Part shown: positions 1 to 8,580 of the stretch, in pieces
Position numbering within the stretch: position 1 is the stretch's first letter
How the letters are laid out: each line of letters starts with the position of its first letter
DNA from: Candidatus Hydrogenedentota bacterium
Lineage (GTDB): Bacteria; Hydrogenedentota; Hydrogenedentia; Hydrogenedentales; JAEUWI01
Length of the DNA stretch: 45,767 bases
Direction of reading: 5' to 3'
NCBI GenBank assembly: GCA_034669905.1
Contig: JAXMOL010000058.1
Coordinates: 1 to 45,767, forward strand
Position numbers and translations under genes: made by a program
The notes under the pieces: generated by a model
What the model was told of the DNA's origin: nothing
Seen by the model: the letters and a program-made list of their open reading frames with translations, nothing else
The model's database searches: none

Positions 1-97
1 CTTCACCTTCACCTTCGCCTTCGCCTTCGCCTTCGCCTTCGCCTTCGCCTTCACCTTCACCTTCACCTTCACCTTCACCTTCGCCTTCACCTTCACC
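1..97 (-). repeat. Hexamer tandem repeat (GAAGGY)n encoding an (EG)n low-complexity linker
   Basis: cttcac/cttcgc tandem repeats on the + strand, in frame with the CHRD gene. Confidence 0.9.
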
Positions 98-697
98 ACC
101 AACACACACCAATTGGCCGCGAATCTCTCCACCACCAAATTCCGTGCTGTGAACATTAATATAGTGTGGGGACGCCGTCACCATGGCATATTCTTCTGGT
201 GACAATTCTTTCATGATGGGGCTGACTGAGCCTTCCAAATCGATCACCACCGCGCCATTAACGGACGCGTCTCCCACATGAATATGAGACTGGGTCGGAT
301 TCGCGACGTTGTGCTCTACCACAACCAAAACGTTGCCACTCGGTAGCTCCGTAAAGGTTGCCGTACCCGTGGCATCGGAATCCACGGGCGGGTCGGCCAC
401 CTCTTGCGATGCGTCCAAACCGAATTCACAAAGAATATCGCCTTCACCCACCGCTGTGCGTGTCACAGCCAGGAATCCGGGAAGGAATGAAAAGTCACCG
501 CCGGACGCACCGGCGGCCTCTGCTGTGCCTATAGTCCCGCGCAACGAGAACTCGCCGCCCGCGCTTGGCATCGTTGTTCCTGCGTTCGTGGTGCTCCATC
601 CAAGGGCGAATTCACCGCCCGACTGAGCCGGGGCCTGTCCCGGCGAAAAAAGGACCGCCACGAACGCCAGCGTACAAAGCATGGTAGTTCGGTACAT
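1..697 (-). CDS. Secreted CHRD-domain protein with (Glu-Gly)n linker; 3' end runs off the window (partial)
   Basis: Absent from the ORF track because no stop lies in the window. Hand translation from ATG 697 (AGGAG RBS upstream) gives MYRTTMLCTLAFVAVLFSPGQAPAQ (signal peptide), a Gly-rich N-module, CHRD motifs LDASQEV..PV.S.ATG, SHIH, YINVHSTEFGGGEIRGQL, then EGEGEG repeats. Confidence 0.85.
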   Translation of the reverse strand, partial: MYRTTMLCTLAFVAVLFSPGQAPAQSGGEFALGWSTTNAGTTMPSAGGEFSLRGTIGTAEAAGASGGDFSFLPGFLAVTRTAVGEGDILCEFGLDASQEVADPPVDSDATGTATFTELPSGNVLVVVEHNVANPTQSHIHVGDASVNGAVVIDLEGSVSPIMKELSPEEYAMVTASPHYINVHSTEFGGGEIRGQLVCVGGEGEGEGEGEGEGEGEGEGEGEGEGEGEGEGE

Positions 698-721
698 GGT
701 ACGTGCTCCTTTTTCCAGCGC

Positions 722-2224
722 TTAGTCGCAGGTTGCGTTGACGGCAGCGTTGCTCGCATTGTAGCTATAAAGGCACGATGGCTCGTTGATGGAACCCGTG
801 GCCAATTTGTTACCCGTGTATAACACACCACTCTGATAGAACAAAATACCACCACTACCACTTGTTTCCAGCAGGAACGCGCTTCCGGTGGATCCCACCT
901 GTACCTGACAGTTTCGGACACGGGTAGTCCCGTTTACCAGTTGCGCGATCGCCCGGTGTCCGCCCTCGATAACGCTATTCCGAACTTCAACGGACGTTTC
1001 CGAGAGCGACATACCGAATCCGGTACCGGTCGGATCGCTGACAGAAGTGCCGCCGAGCAGGTAGCTGTCCAGAATGAGCGGCTGTGGGAATGCCCCCGCC
1101 GTATTGACCGAACCCAGGGCGGCGTTCACTGCGGTACCAAAACCAGTCGCACCGGTGGCACTCAGATCGCTACACTTAATGGTCGGTTCCGAATCCGCGA
1201 GGTACACCGCAAAGTGACCCGCTCCCCCGGCACCATTTGCCAGAATCGTGGTGTTGAAAATCTCCGTCGCGCGCGTGGCCTCCGCCGTCCAGACTCCGAT
1301 ACCAAAGGTGGAAGATGCGCCGGTGTTCTCAATCGTGCAATCGCTGATGCGACCATTGTCCTGTAGCTCGACAGTCGCCGAGCCATTGTTCTGAACCGTG
1401 CCGCTACGGGCCGAGGTAATTACCGTCGCGTTTTGCCCCGAGCCCTTTAGATGCACGTAGGGTGCAACGAGACACAAGTCGGTCTCGGTATAGACGCCGG
1501 GTCCAACGGAGACGAGATAGCGCACAGTGCTGCTTGAATCCGTGATACTCGCCAACGCCGCCGCCACCGAGCTAAAGTCACCACCGTCGGTCGCAACGGT
1601 AATTACATTTTCCAATACCGAAGGTTCTCCTGCCGGGCCTTGCTCGCCCTGAATGCCCTGCAAGCCCATCTCGCCCTGGATGCCTTGCTCACCCTGGATC
1701 CCCTGGGGGCCTTGCTCACCCTGAATCCCTTGCTCGCCTTGTATTCCCTGGGGGCCCTGCTCGCCTTGGAGCCCTTGGGGACCTTGCTCACCCTGGATTC
1801 CCTGGGGACCTTGTTCACCCTGGGGCCCTTGGGGCCCTTCGTTACCATCCAATGCGAAGAGCGCGTACGGTGCCGCCAGAATACTCTGGCGCGGTGTCAG
1901 GAGCGTATCACCCACTTCGATTTCGAGCCAACGCCCGGTACCGTCAAAGGCACCCGCGCCAAAGCTCAACTCCACGGTAAACAACCCGCCGACGACCGCC
2001 ACATCATCAATCAAGAGGTCGTCGCCGATCTGGTCACCACCTTCCGCAGCGTTGAACAGTCGGAATGTCAGATCCGCAGTTCCACTAAACGCCTCGCCCG
2101 ATTGTTGTAGTTGCCCCTGATAGGCAAATGTTGAAACAGGCGGATCTCCGGCGTACACGTTCAGAGCCAGCATTGCAGTGGTAGCGCACAGGTACACAAG
2201 CGCGCGATTCAATAGGCATCTCAT
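722..2224 (-). CDS. Secreted collagen-like repeat protein: N-terminal 'YQGQL' module, Gly-X-Y triple helix, C-terminal pectin-lyase-like beta-helix region
   Basis: Likely start ATG 2224 (GGAG RBS; MRCLLNRALVYLCATTAMLALNVYA signal peptide). Contains FAYQGQLQ..G..DLTFRLF and 25 G-X-Y triplets. VITVATDGGDFSSVAAAL..VSVGPGVY.E is typical of beta-helix starts. Confidence 0.8.
   Translation of the reverse strand: MRCLLNRALVYLCATTAMLALNVYAGDPPVSTFAYQGQLQQSGEAFSGTADLTFRLFNAAEGGDQIGDDLLIDDVAVVGGLFTVELSFGAGAFDGTGRWLEIEVGDTLLTPRQSILAAPYALFALDGNEGPQGPQGEQGPQGIQGEQGPQGLQGEQGPQGIQGEQGIQGEQGPQGIQGEQGIQGEMGLQGIQGEQGPAGEPSVLENVITVATDGGDFSSVAAALASITDSSSTVRYLVSVGPGVYTETDLCLVAPYVHLKGSGQNATVITSARSGTVQNNGSATVELQDNGRISDCTIENTGASSTFGIGVWTAEATRATEIFNTTILANGAGGAGHFAVYLADSEPTIKCSDLSATGATGFGTAVNAALGSVNTAGAFPQPLILDSYLLGGTSVSDPTGTGFGMSLSETSVEVRNSVIEGGHRAIAQLVNGTTRVRNCQVQVGSTGSAFLLETSGSGGILFYQSGVLYTGNKLATGSINEPSCLYSYNASNAAVNATCD
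1622..1846 (-). repeat. Collagen-like repeat, 25 Gly-X-Y triplets (GPQ/GEQ/GIQ)
   Basis: Read directly from the translation GNEGPQGPQGEQ...GPAGEP. Confidence 0.95.
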
Positions 2225-2804
2225 TGCTTTTCTCCCGTTCGTTGTCTCAAACCCAAGTCTGCATGACAGGCGACCCATCCCGAAATACTGGGTCCAGAAG
2301 ATTTCTCTTATACTCCCGCTCCTCTTCTCCTCTCGTTCTCCGTGGTCGCTCAACTCGCCGAAGAGCACCCACGCCCTGCTACCACTCTGCTACGGTAACA
2401 CGGCATTCCAAATCGTGCAAGACCCAGTCGAAACAGGCAAACCCTTCACGCCGCCGCAGAACACAAGCCAGGGTACTGTCAGAATTCTAACTCCCAACCA
2501 CTGGACTTCAGACTGAGTCAACAGGAAGATATCTGCAGTACTATCCGAAAATTTATCCACCTGAGATGCCATTCCCAGGGCTTGCCGGCCAGCCAACTGT
2601 CCCTTCACTTCGCCCGAGTCTGGCGCCAAACTCCGACTCGATGAAACGATTATCGACCCACCCCCTACCTTTTGACGGTCTGTGTCCTGATGTCCCTCAG
2701 CTTCTTGGGCCCCATCAATTCGGGCGTGGATTCCTGTCTGGGCTTGATTCCCCTGTCCTCCCTTGGGTAGTGTGACGGTCAACTTAGCCACAGGGAAATC
2801 ACGG

Positions 2805-3803
2805 TTGAAAAAGACGTTGGTTTACATGCTCGCACTGGCCCTGCTCCTCCCCTTAGCGGGATGCAGTACCCAGCCCCATCCCCCTTTGCGGAAGGGCCCC
2901 GCGCTTCACCTCTACGTCGACCTCCCCACCAACAGTAGCTACTGGGTGGAAGCGACGGATCGGCACGTGGGGCGCTATGCCTATCTGGGTGAAGAGCTTC
3001 GCATTGAAGGCGTGTCCCGCTTCGTGTACCAGTTTCATTCCATGGGGAGAACGCGCACCGGAGAAACACGGCTGTCCATCACACCCCGCTTCTATACCGT
3101 CGATGATTGGCTGGTCAGCCCCCACGGCGACCGCATGCGCCCCCCGGAGATAGAGACTTTACTCGAAACCATGGAGGCGGTCGTTCGGAACCACCCCTTC
3201 ACCATCACCCTGGGCCCCCAGGGCGACATTATTGATTCCAAGGGACTGACCGAGTTAGAGGATGCCCTGGCAGGTATCATTGGACGTCACGACATTCGCT
3301 TTGACCATATGGATCCACCCCAACGGGAAGCCTGGCGCCGGGTCTTCATGACCCATATTGATGAGCGGCCCATTCGCCGCCATCTGGACCAGGCCTTTGC
3401 CTTTTTACCGGGCGGCCTCGTTCGACTGGGAGACCGGTGGACAGAAAAACCGGCTAACCAGCCGTGGCCCTTTATGCCCACGACAGAATCAGTCCGCCTC
3501 ATCGAACGACAGCGGGATCACTATCTCCTGACGACGGAAACGAAATTCACCCCCCCACCCGAATCGGATTGGCCCACCTACACCGGCAGCCGTTCGGGAA
3601 GCATTCAGTTGGACGCCAAAACGCGGCTGGGTGTGGCGCAGCAGGAATCGCTCCATTGGAAACGGAAACGCAAGCGGACACCGTGGGAGCAATTCACTCT
3701 GATGCAGCTGGAAGGGGCCACCGCCATTCGGATTACGGAAGGCCCCCTGTCCCGGTCCCCCGAGTTGTTTGCCATTGACCGCTATCCCTTTTTGGAACCG
3801 TAA
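2805..3803 (+). CDS. Putative lipoprotein of unknown function (DUF6263-like resemblance)
   Basis: LKKTLVYMLALALLLPLAGC lipobox; segments FTITLGPQGDII...GL and V.LGDRW. Start uncertain (TTG 2805 or ATG 2826). Confidence 0.65.
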   Translation: MKKTLVYMLALALLLPLAGCSTQPHPPLRKGPALHLYVDLPTNSSYWVEATDRHVGRYAYLGEELRIEGVSRFVYQFHSMGRTRTGETRLSITPRFYTVDDWLVSPHGDRMRPPEIETLLETMEAVVRNHPFTITLGPQGDIIDSKGLTELEDALAGIIGRHDIRFDHMDPPQREAWRRVFMTHIDERPIRRHLDQAFAFLPGGLVRLGDRWTEKPANQPWPFMPTTESVRLIERQRDHYLLTTETKFTPPPESDWPTYTGSRSGSIQLDAKTRLGVAQQESLHWKRKRKRTPWEQFTLMQLEGATAIRITEGPLSRSPELFAIDRYPFLEP

Positions 3804-3825
3804 TTCCCGGGGGTGAAACAGGGAC

Positions 3826-4278
3826 TCAGTTGAAGACGACCTGCTGCTTCACCTTGCGGGTGGTGCCACAGCCCTTACAATTGCCGCAGGATTTGATCTT
3901 CTCTTCCACCAGGTCGAGGGCAATGACGGACGTAATGATGGTGTCGCCGTCTTCGAAGGCCACTTCTGCGGTGGCACAAATGGAACCCGGACCACCGGCC
4001 GCACGGCCGAGCAAGACCTCCAGGGAAGATTGCAGGGCGATGAGATGCTTCAGACCCAGAAACTCTTCAATCGGCTCGGCGGCAGGCCAGGTTTCCAAGA
4101 ACTGTTCCGGGGAAATAGCCAACAGTTCCTCGACGGCCATCCCTCCCAACACGTCCATGAGCAGGCTGTCTACGCCGACACCCTGACCACAGGTCCGTTT
4201 ACGGAAGCTGTAGGCCTTAAGCGCATCGGACTCGTCCAGGATTACTTCAATTACTTCCGTCACATCTTTACAGGGCAT
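3826..4278 (-). CDS. Cys-rich protein with IscU/NifU-N (or TSCPD)-like N-terminal half and C-terminal CxxCxxC
   Basis: Start MPCKD at 4278 overlaps the upstream stop. CKD...F...TCG...SLLMDVLGGMAVEE resembles IscU CGD...F..GCG...SL..E..G; C-terminal CGNCKGC. Confidence 0.6.
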   Translation of the reverse strand: MPCKDVTEVIEVILDESDALKAYSFRKRTCGQGVGVDSLLMDVLGGMAVEELLAISPEQFLETWPAAEPIEEFLGLKHLIALQSSLEVLLGRAAGGPGSICATAEVAFEDGDTIITSVIALDLVEEKIKSCGNCKGCGTTRKVKQQVVFN

Positions 4279-4621
4279 CCTGGTAGGCTTTCTCCACTTT
4301 CGCAGCAAATACGAAGTCACTTTCCGTGAGTCCGTCTATTTTGTGGGTCCACATGGTCACGCCGACCTTGCCCCAGGCAGTAAGAATGTCCGGGTGATGG
4401 TTTTCGCTTTCCGCAATGGCACCCATCGTATTGGTGAAGGCCAGGGCGCCCGCGAAATCCTTGAATTTGTATTCCCGCTCCAGATGATGTTCCCCCACCA
4501 CCTGCCAGTCGCTCCCGAGTTGTTCATGAAGGAGGGTGAGGTCCTCGCCTTTTAAGGGCGCGACACCGCCTTTGCAGGGAATACATTCCTTTTCGGCCAG
4601 TAGATCACAGGCTGAACTCAT
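4268..4621 (-). CDS. phhB: Pterin-4-alpha-carbinolamine dehydratase
   Basis: N-terminal CIPC..G, F.DF..AL.F, E.ENHHPDI, WTHKIDGLTESDFVFAAK: canonical PCD motifs. Confidence 0.92.
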   Translation of the reverse strand: MSSACDLLAEKECIPCKGGVAPLKGEDLTLLHEQLGSDWQVVGEHHLEREYKFKDFAGALAFTNTMGAIAESENHHPDILTAWGKVGVTMWTHKIDGLTESDFVFAAKVEKAYQDAL

Positions 4622-4650
4622 GAAATCCTCCTTTGCTCGTTGGGCTGCCG

Positions 4651-4968
4651 TTATACGTCAAAGACTTCAGGTGGTTTTGCGTACCAGAGATTCAGATCGT
4701 CGTGGTCACCCAATACCACCTCGCCCAAGGTCAGGCTGTAGGGCTCGTCCCCGTCGCAGTGGTAGGTAATCTCGGCACCGACAATATCCCACGAGCCATC
4801 TTCCGGCCCGCTCAGGATAAGGGTATGGGGAAAACTCTGGGGGTGGGCAACGGCCTGGAGGGTTTCACCGGGTCCGGTCCCTCCTTCATAGTCGTCAAAC
4901 TCCAGCGGAAACCCGTTGATGCTGTATTTGGGCACGGCACCCGGACCGCTTTCGCCCGTCTGTAACAC
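4651..4968 (-). CDS. Hypothetical acidic protein
   Basis: Co-oriented ORF filling the gap between the nfuA-like gene and phhB. The start is uncertain because the frame stays open upstream. Confidence 0.6.
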   Translation of the reverse strand: MLQTGESGPGAVPKYSINGFPLEFDDYEGGTGPGETLQAVAHPQSFPHTLILSGPEDGSWDIVGAEITYHCDGDEPYSLTLGEVVLGDHDDLNLWYAKPPEVFDV

Positions 4969-4997
4969 CAGTTGAAAAGTATCAAGTCGCTTCCGAT

Positions 4998-5792
4998 CTA
5001 CATTCCCATTCCGGCGGGCAATTCCTTAAAGAAAGGATTGGTACCCGATGTGTGATCGGTTTCGTCTAATACGGCCCCCAATTCCGGGACGGCCGTTCGG
5101 AAGGCCCCCTCGATTCCAGAGCGGAGCGTAATCGTGGACGCGGCGCAACCGTGACACCCGCCCCCCATGGTGATATAGGCCGTATTCCCCACCACGCGGT
5201 TCAAGGTGATCACGCCCGAGTGGGACGCAATACCGGGGTTAATTTCTTCATCGATCACTTTCTGAAGCTGCTGCGATATGGTGGCTTCATCGGCAATGCG
5301 GGACTGATAGTCCGGGTCCAGCACGGGCATACCGCTCTTCAGGTGGGCGCGAATCTGCGTACCAATGCGCTTGGCTACCTCTTCCCAGGGACTGAATTCG
5401 GAGCCATCCCGAGAGACCGTCACCGTCATGCCATGGATGAGCACCGTCGCAATACCGCCCAGATCAAATATCGTAGCCGCCAAGGGGGAGCTACCATAGG
5501 CCGTATCCGAATCGGGGGCCCAAAAGGACATGCCATTTTCGAGAAGCGGCCGATCCACCAGAAAGGTGCAGGCGTTGGCCTGGGGCTCCATTTTGGCCTT
5601 AATCACAATCTCGTCGCTATAGCCACTGGCCTCGGACTCATCCACCACAATCGGGGCATTGACGACCCGCCGCTCTTTGGGCAAGGGCTCGTCTTCGTCC
5701 TCTTCTTCCACCTCGTCAATGACGGGTTCGGGGGCACGGGACTTGGGGGTATCCTCTTCGGATTTGAAAACCTTGGAAAACCAAGAAGGCAT
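4998..5792 (-). CDS. NifU/NfuA-family Fe-S cluster carrier (Nfu N-terminal domain + NifU C-terminal domain)
   Basis: SPLA..IF.L.G...V.....VTV (Nfu_N-like) and INPGIASHSG...MGGGCHGCAASTITL..GIE (NifU_C CxxC); GGAG RBS. Confidence 0.88.
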   Translation of the reverse strand: MPSWFSKVFKSEEDTPKSRAPEPVIDEVEEEDEDEPLPKERRVVNAPIVVDESEASGYSDEIVIKAKMEPQANACTFLVDRPLLENGMSFWAPDSDTAYGSSPLAATIFDLGGIATVLIHGMTVTVSRDGSEFSPWEEVAKRIGTQIRAHLKSGMPVLDPDYQSRIADEATISQQLQKVIDEEINPGIASHSGVITLNRVVGNTAYITMGGGCHGCAASTITLRSGIEGAFRTAVPELGAVLDETDHTSGTNPFFKELPAGMGM

Positions 5793-5910
5793 CGTTCTAC
5801 TCCTTCTGTACTGTTCACTCTGAAAGAAACCGCAACACTAACGTAGACAATTCTAGAGACGATTTCATTCCCGGGCCGTGGGGAAAGGCCGGACTCTGGG
5901 GAGAAAGCAC

Positions 5911-6660
5911 TTAGCGCTCGGCCTGCTTTTCTACCGTATTCTTTCCCAGAAGACGCTGCAGCAGCTCCTCTGGTGCCTCATTATACACCCCCGGAGCCAT
6001 TCCATCGTCCTCCGCTTCACGGTGGATGAAACGCTCGAAGCCGTCATAACACCAGGGCTCTTCGATAATCAGGCTCGGTGCCAGATCCGCCCCCGTCGCC
6101 AGGGTGCGCTCCCAGACCACCTCACCCTCCACCGTACCGGTCACCCGCTCAAAGCAATCACTTGGCCAGGAACCCACCTCGGTGAGGTCGCTTTCGTAGT
6201 AGTAGGTACCGCCCCCTTCCAGGCCAAAAAGGTAGATGAGGTAGTCGTCTTCGTCGACGACAATCTCCACCGCCGAAACTACCTGCACACGGGTCACCGT
6301 AACTTCGTTCAAATCCAGGAGGGCCTGACACTTCGGCCGCAACGCCTGGGCTGTACGATAGGCATCCCGCGCTTCACCATACACCCGGGGCATGTTGACG
6401 ACGATCAGAAACAACACAATCAAGGTCAGGATGCCCAGGCCGCCCGGCAGAATGACCAACGTGCCCTTCACCATATCGGACCACGACGTGGCCAGCAGAG
6501 CCCAAAGGATCAGGACCATTAGGGCAGCCACCGCCACGAGCAGGGCCGCGACAGCGGCATACTGGCCCAACAGACGGCCTGGACGGGGCGCCTCATCACT
6601 GAGTGCCGCGATTGCTTTCCGCTCTTCGGCAAGGAGAGGGCGGGTATATTCTTCTATCAT
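5911..6660 (-). CDS. Hypothetical membrane protein with two N-terminal TM helices
   Basis: Start MIEEYTRP at 6660, two long hydrophobic stretches, co-oriented with neighbours. Confidence 0.7.
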   Translation of the reverse strand: MIEEYTRPLLAEERKAIAALSDEAPRPGRLLGQYAAVAALLVAVAALMVLILWALLATSWSDMVKGTLVILPGGLGILTLIVLFLIVVNMPRVYGEARDAYRTAQALRPKCQALLDLNEVTVTRVQVVSAVEIVVDEDDYLIYLFGLEGGGTYYYESDLTEVGSWPSDCFERVTGTVEGEVVWERTLATGADLAPSLIIEEPWCYDGFERFIHREAEDDGMAPGVYNEAPEELLQRLLGKNTVEKQAER

Positions 6661-6685
6661 GGGAAATCCAAATGAGGGGTCAGGG

Positions 6686-7162
6686 TCAGGTATTTTCCGC
6701 GCACCAGACGAAGAGGTTTTCCCATTCGGCCCGCTGCAATTCCACGAGCGAGATGGGGTCGGTGGGGTACGACTCCCCCGCCTCATCGACAAAGGCATGG
6801 GCATCGTAACCGGAGAGCGTCGCCATGGCAGGATGGTCCCCTACCTTGCGAAACCAATAGTGGGCGTTCGGAAAGTCGCCTTCACGGCGGTGCATGATAC
6901 CGTGCCAATAGGAGCCCGTCGCATCGTCGATGTCCTGACTGATGGTGTGACTCGTATCCAGCTCATCCACATACAACCAGAGGGCCGCTTGCAGGGCCGG
7001 GCGGGCGGCTATCGCTTCCTCAGCGAGCACCTGCTCCACCAGGGCCTTCTGCGCTGCCGTGGCACCCGACTTGGGGCACAGCACCGCCATGGCTTCGTGG
7101 AGGGGAAGTGTGTCGAACAACGGTTGAACCGCCTCGGCAATGGGTTGGGGTAAGTTCATCAT
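6686..7162 (-). CDS. Conserved hypothetical protein (H..SQ...GSYWHGIMHRREGDF.NA.YWF family)
   Basis: Recognisable conserved motif of an uncharacterised bacterial family; AGGGAG RBS. Confidence 0.8.
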   Translation of the reverse strand: MMNLPQPIAEAVQPLFDTLPLHEAMAVLCPKSGATAAQKALVEQVLAEEAIAARPALQAALWLYVDELDTSHTISQDIDDATGSYWHGIMHRREGDFPNAHYWFRKVGDHPAMATLSGYDAHAFVDEAGESYPTDPISLVELQRAEWENLFVWCAENT

Positions 7163-7365
7163 CGTACTCCCTTCATATTCAATGCCCCGCGATCAAACCC
7201 GGATTTTATCCTATCCAACCGCGCGGGACCAAACCGGAACGTTACTATTCCGACCGCTGCCACTTCGAATTCGAAAAATTCACCTGAATACGGCAAAAGA
7301 GTTGAACCACCCTGCCCGATCATGATACATTTCCACTCCCGTGGCGAAGACGTCACGCACCCTTC

Positions 7366-7455
7366 GGAGAGATGACCGAGTGGCTGAAGGTGGTGCCCTG
7401 CTAAGGCATTGTGCGAGCAATCGTACCGAGGGTTCGAATCCCTCTCTCTCCGCCA
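7366..7455 (+). tRNA. tRNA-Ser (anticodon GCT)
   Basis: Acceptor stem GGAGAGA/TCTCTCC with G discriminator and CCA; D-loop GAGTGG; anticodon arm GTGCC-CTGCTAA-GGCAT; long variable arm; T-loop GGTTCGAATCC. Confidence 0.97.
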
Positions 7456-7469
7456 TTTAAAAATTCAGG

Positions 7470-7502
7470 ACCGCTGTAGCGAATTCGTTACAGCGGTTTT
7501 TT
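7470..7502 (+). terminator. Rho-independent terminator downstream of tRNA-Ser
   Basis: Hairpin ACCGCTGTAGCG-AATT-CGTTACAGCGGT followed by a T run. Confidence 0.8.
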
Positions 7503-7795
7503 ATTATCCGCCCTGGATTCGTGGCGAAGGGTCACCATGCCCCTGTCCTTCGCCCGCCCCACGCCCCCTTGTGAACGCCCCCCTCTTACTCATTACCGGC
7601 GATCGGGAACTGGAGAGGCTGGGACGCGATGAGCAATACGCGGACTTGCGGCCATGATGCAGGTGAAGGGCCATCCGGACACCAACTTAATCAAGATGGA
7701 TTGACATCACCATGGCCAGATAGCGGGCCCGGCGCATTCACTGCTGCTGCGCTTTGTCTGCCCCATTCGGAAGCAGCATTGGACGCCACCCTGCG

Positions 7796-8530
7796 TCAGG
7801 ACTTGTGCCGCAAGTACATCGCGCTGTTGTTTTTCCGCATCTCGATGTCAAAGAGGTCACTCGCACGGATAAGGTCGCTGAGCCGCTTGTACCCGTAGTT
7901 GATGGAAGAAAAGGACGTGTTATTGTTGATGTAGTGGTTCACCTGCGAAAAATTGGACCATCCTGCTTCGTCCGCCTTCTCTTCCACCGCATTCCGGAGC
8001 AGTTTTACCAGGGCCGTATCCTGACGCAGCTGGCGCCGCGACATCTTCTCCTGCTCTTCTCCTGCCGGCGTATCGGCCTGATCGGCTTCCATACGTTGCA
8101 GCAATTTCTCCGTATAGATAAAGCGGGAACAGGCGTTTACCAGCGGGGACGGCGTTTTCTCCGCGCCGAATCCGTAGACACGCAGTCCACTGGTCTTGAG
8201 GCGCATTACCAGGGGGGTGAAGTCGCTGTCGCTGGTCATGAGGGCAATGCCATCGAGATCCTGGCCATAGAGGAGATCCATGGCATCAATGATCATGGCA
8301 GCGTCGGTCGCATTTTTTCCTTTGGTGTAGGCAAATTGCTGCATAGGCTGTATGGCGCAGCGAAATAGCTCCCCCTCCCAACCACGCAACTCACTCTTTT
8401 TCCAATCGCCGTAGGCACGACGAATATTCACCACCCCGTGATTGGCCAGTTCATTTAAGACCCCGTCAATGGCCTGATAACTTACATTGTCGCAATCGAT
8501 AAGCAGCGCGATATTCTGTTCTTTTTCCAT
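7796..8530 (-). CDS. NYN (LabA/DUF88) domain protein with C-terminal OST-HTH/LOTUS domain
   Basis: IALLIDCDN, RRAYGDW, GKNATD, MTSDSDFTPL, ACSRFIY; C-terminal GW...F.SINYGYKRLSDL. Confidence 0.92.
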   Translation of the reverse strand: MEKEQNIALLIDCDNVSYQAIDGVLNELANHGVVNIRRAYGDWKKSELRGWEGELFRCAIQPMQQFAYTKGKNATDAAMIIDAMDLLYGQDLDGIALMTSDSDFTPLVMRLKTSGLRVYGFGAEKTPSPLVNACSRFIYTEKLLQRMEADQADTPAGEEQEKMSRRQLRQDTALVKLLRNAVEEKADEAGWSNFSQVNHYINNNTSFSSINYGYKRLSDLIRASDLFDIEMRKNNSAMYLRHKS

Positions 8531-8580
8531 ACGTGCCCCTCCTCAGGTGGTGCATGGGCCATCGTACCACAAACACGGGT

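Noticed and set aside
722..2224. Prophage tail-fibre gene
   Set aside because: It has a Sec-type signal peptide and there are no phage genes nearby.
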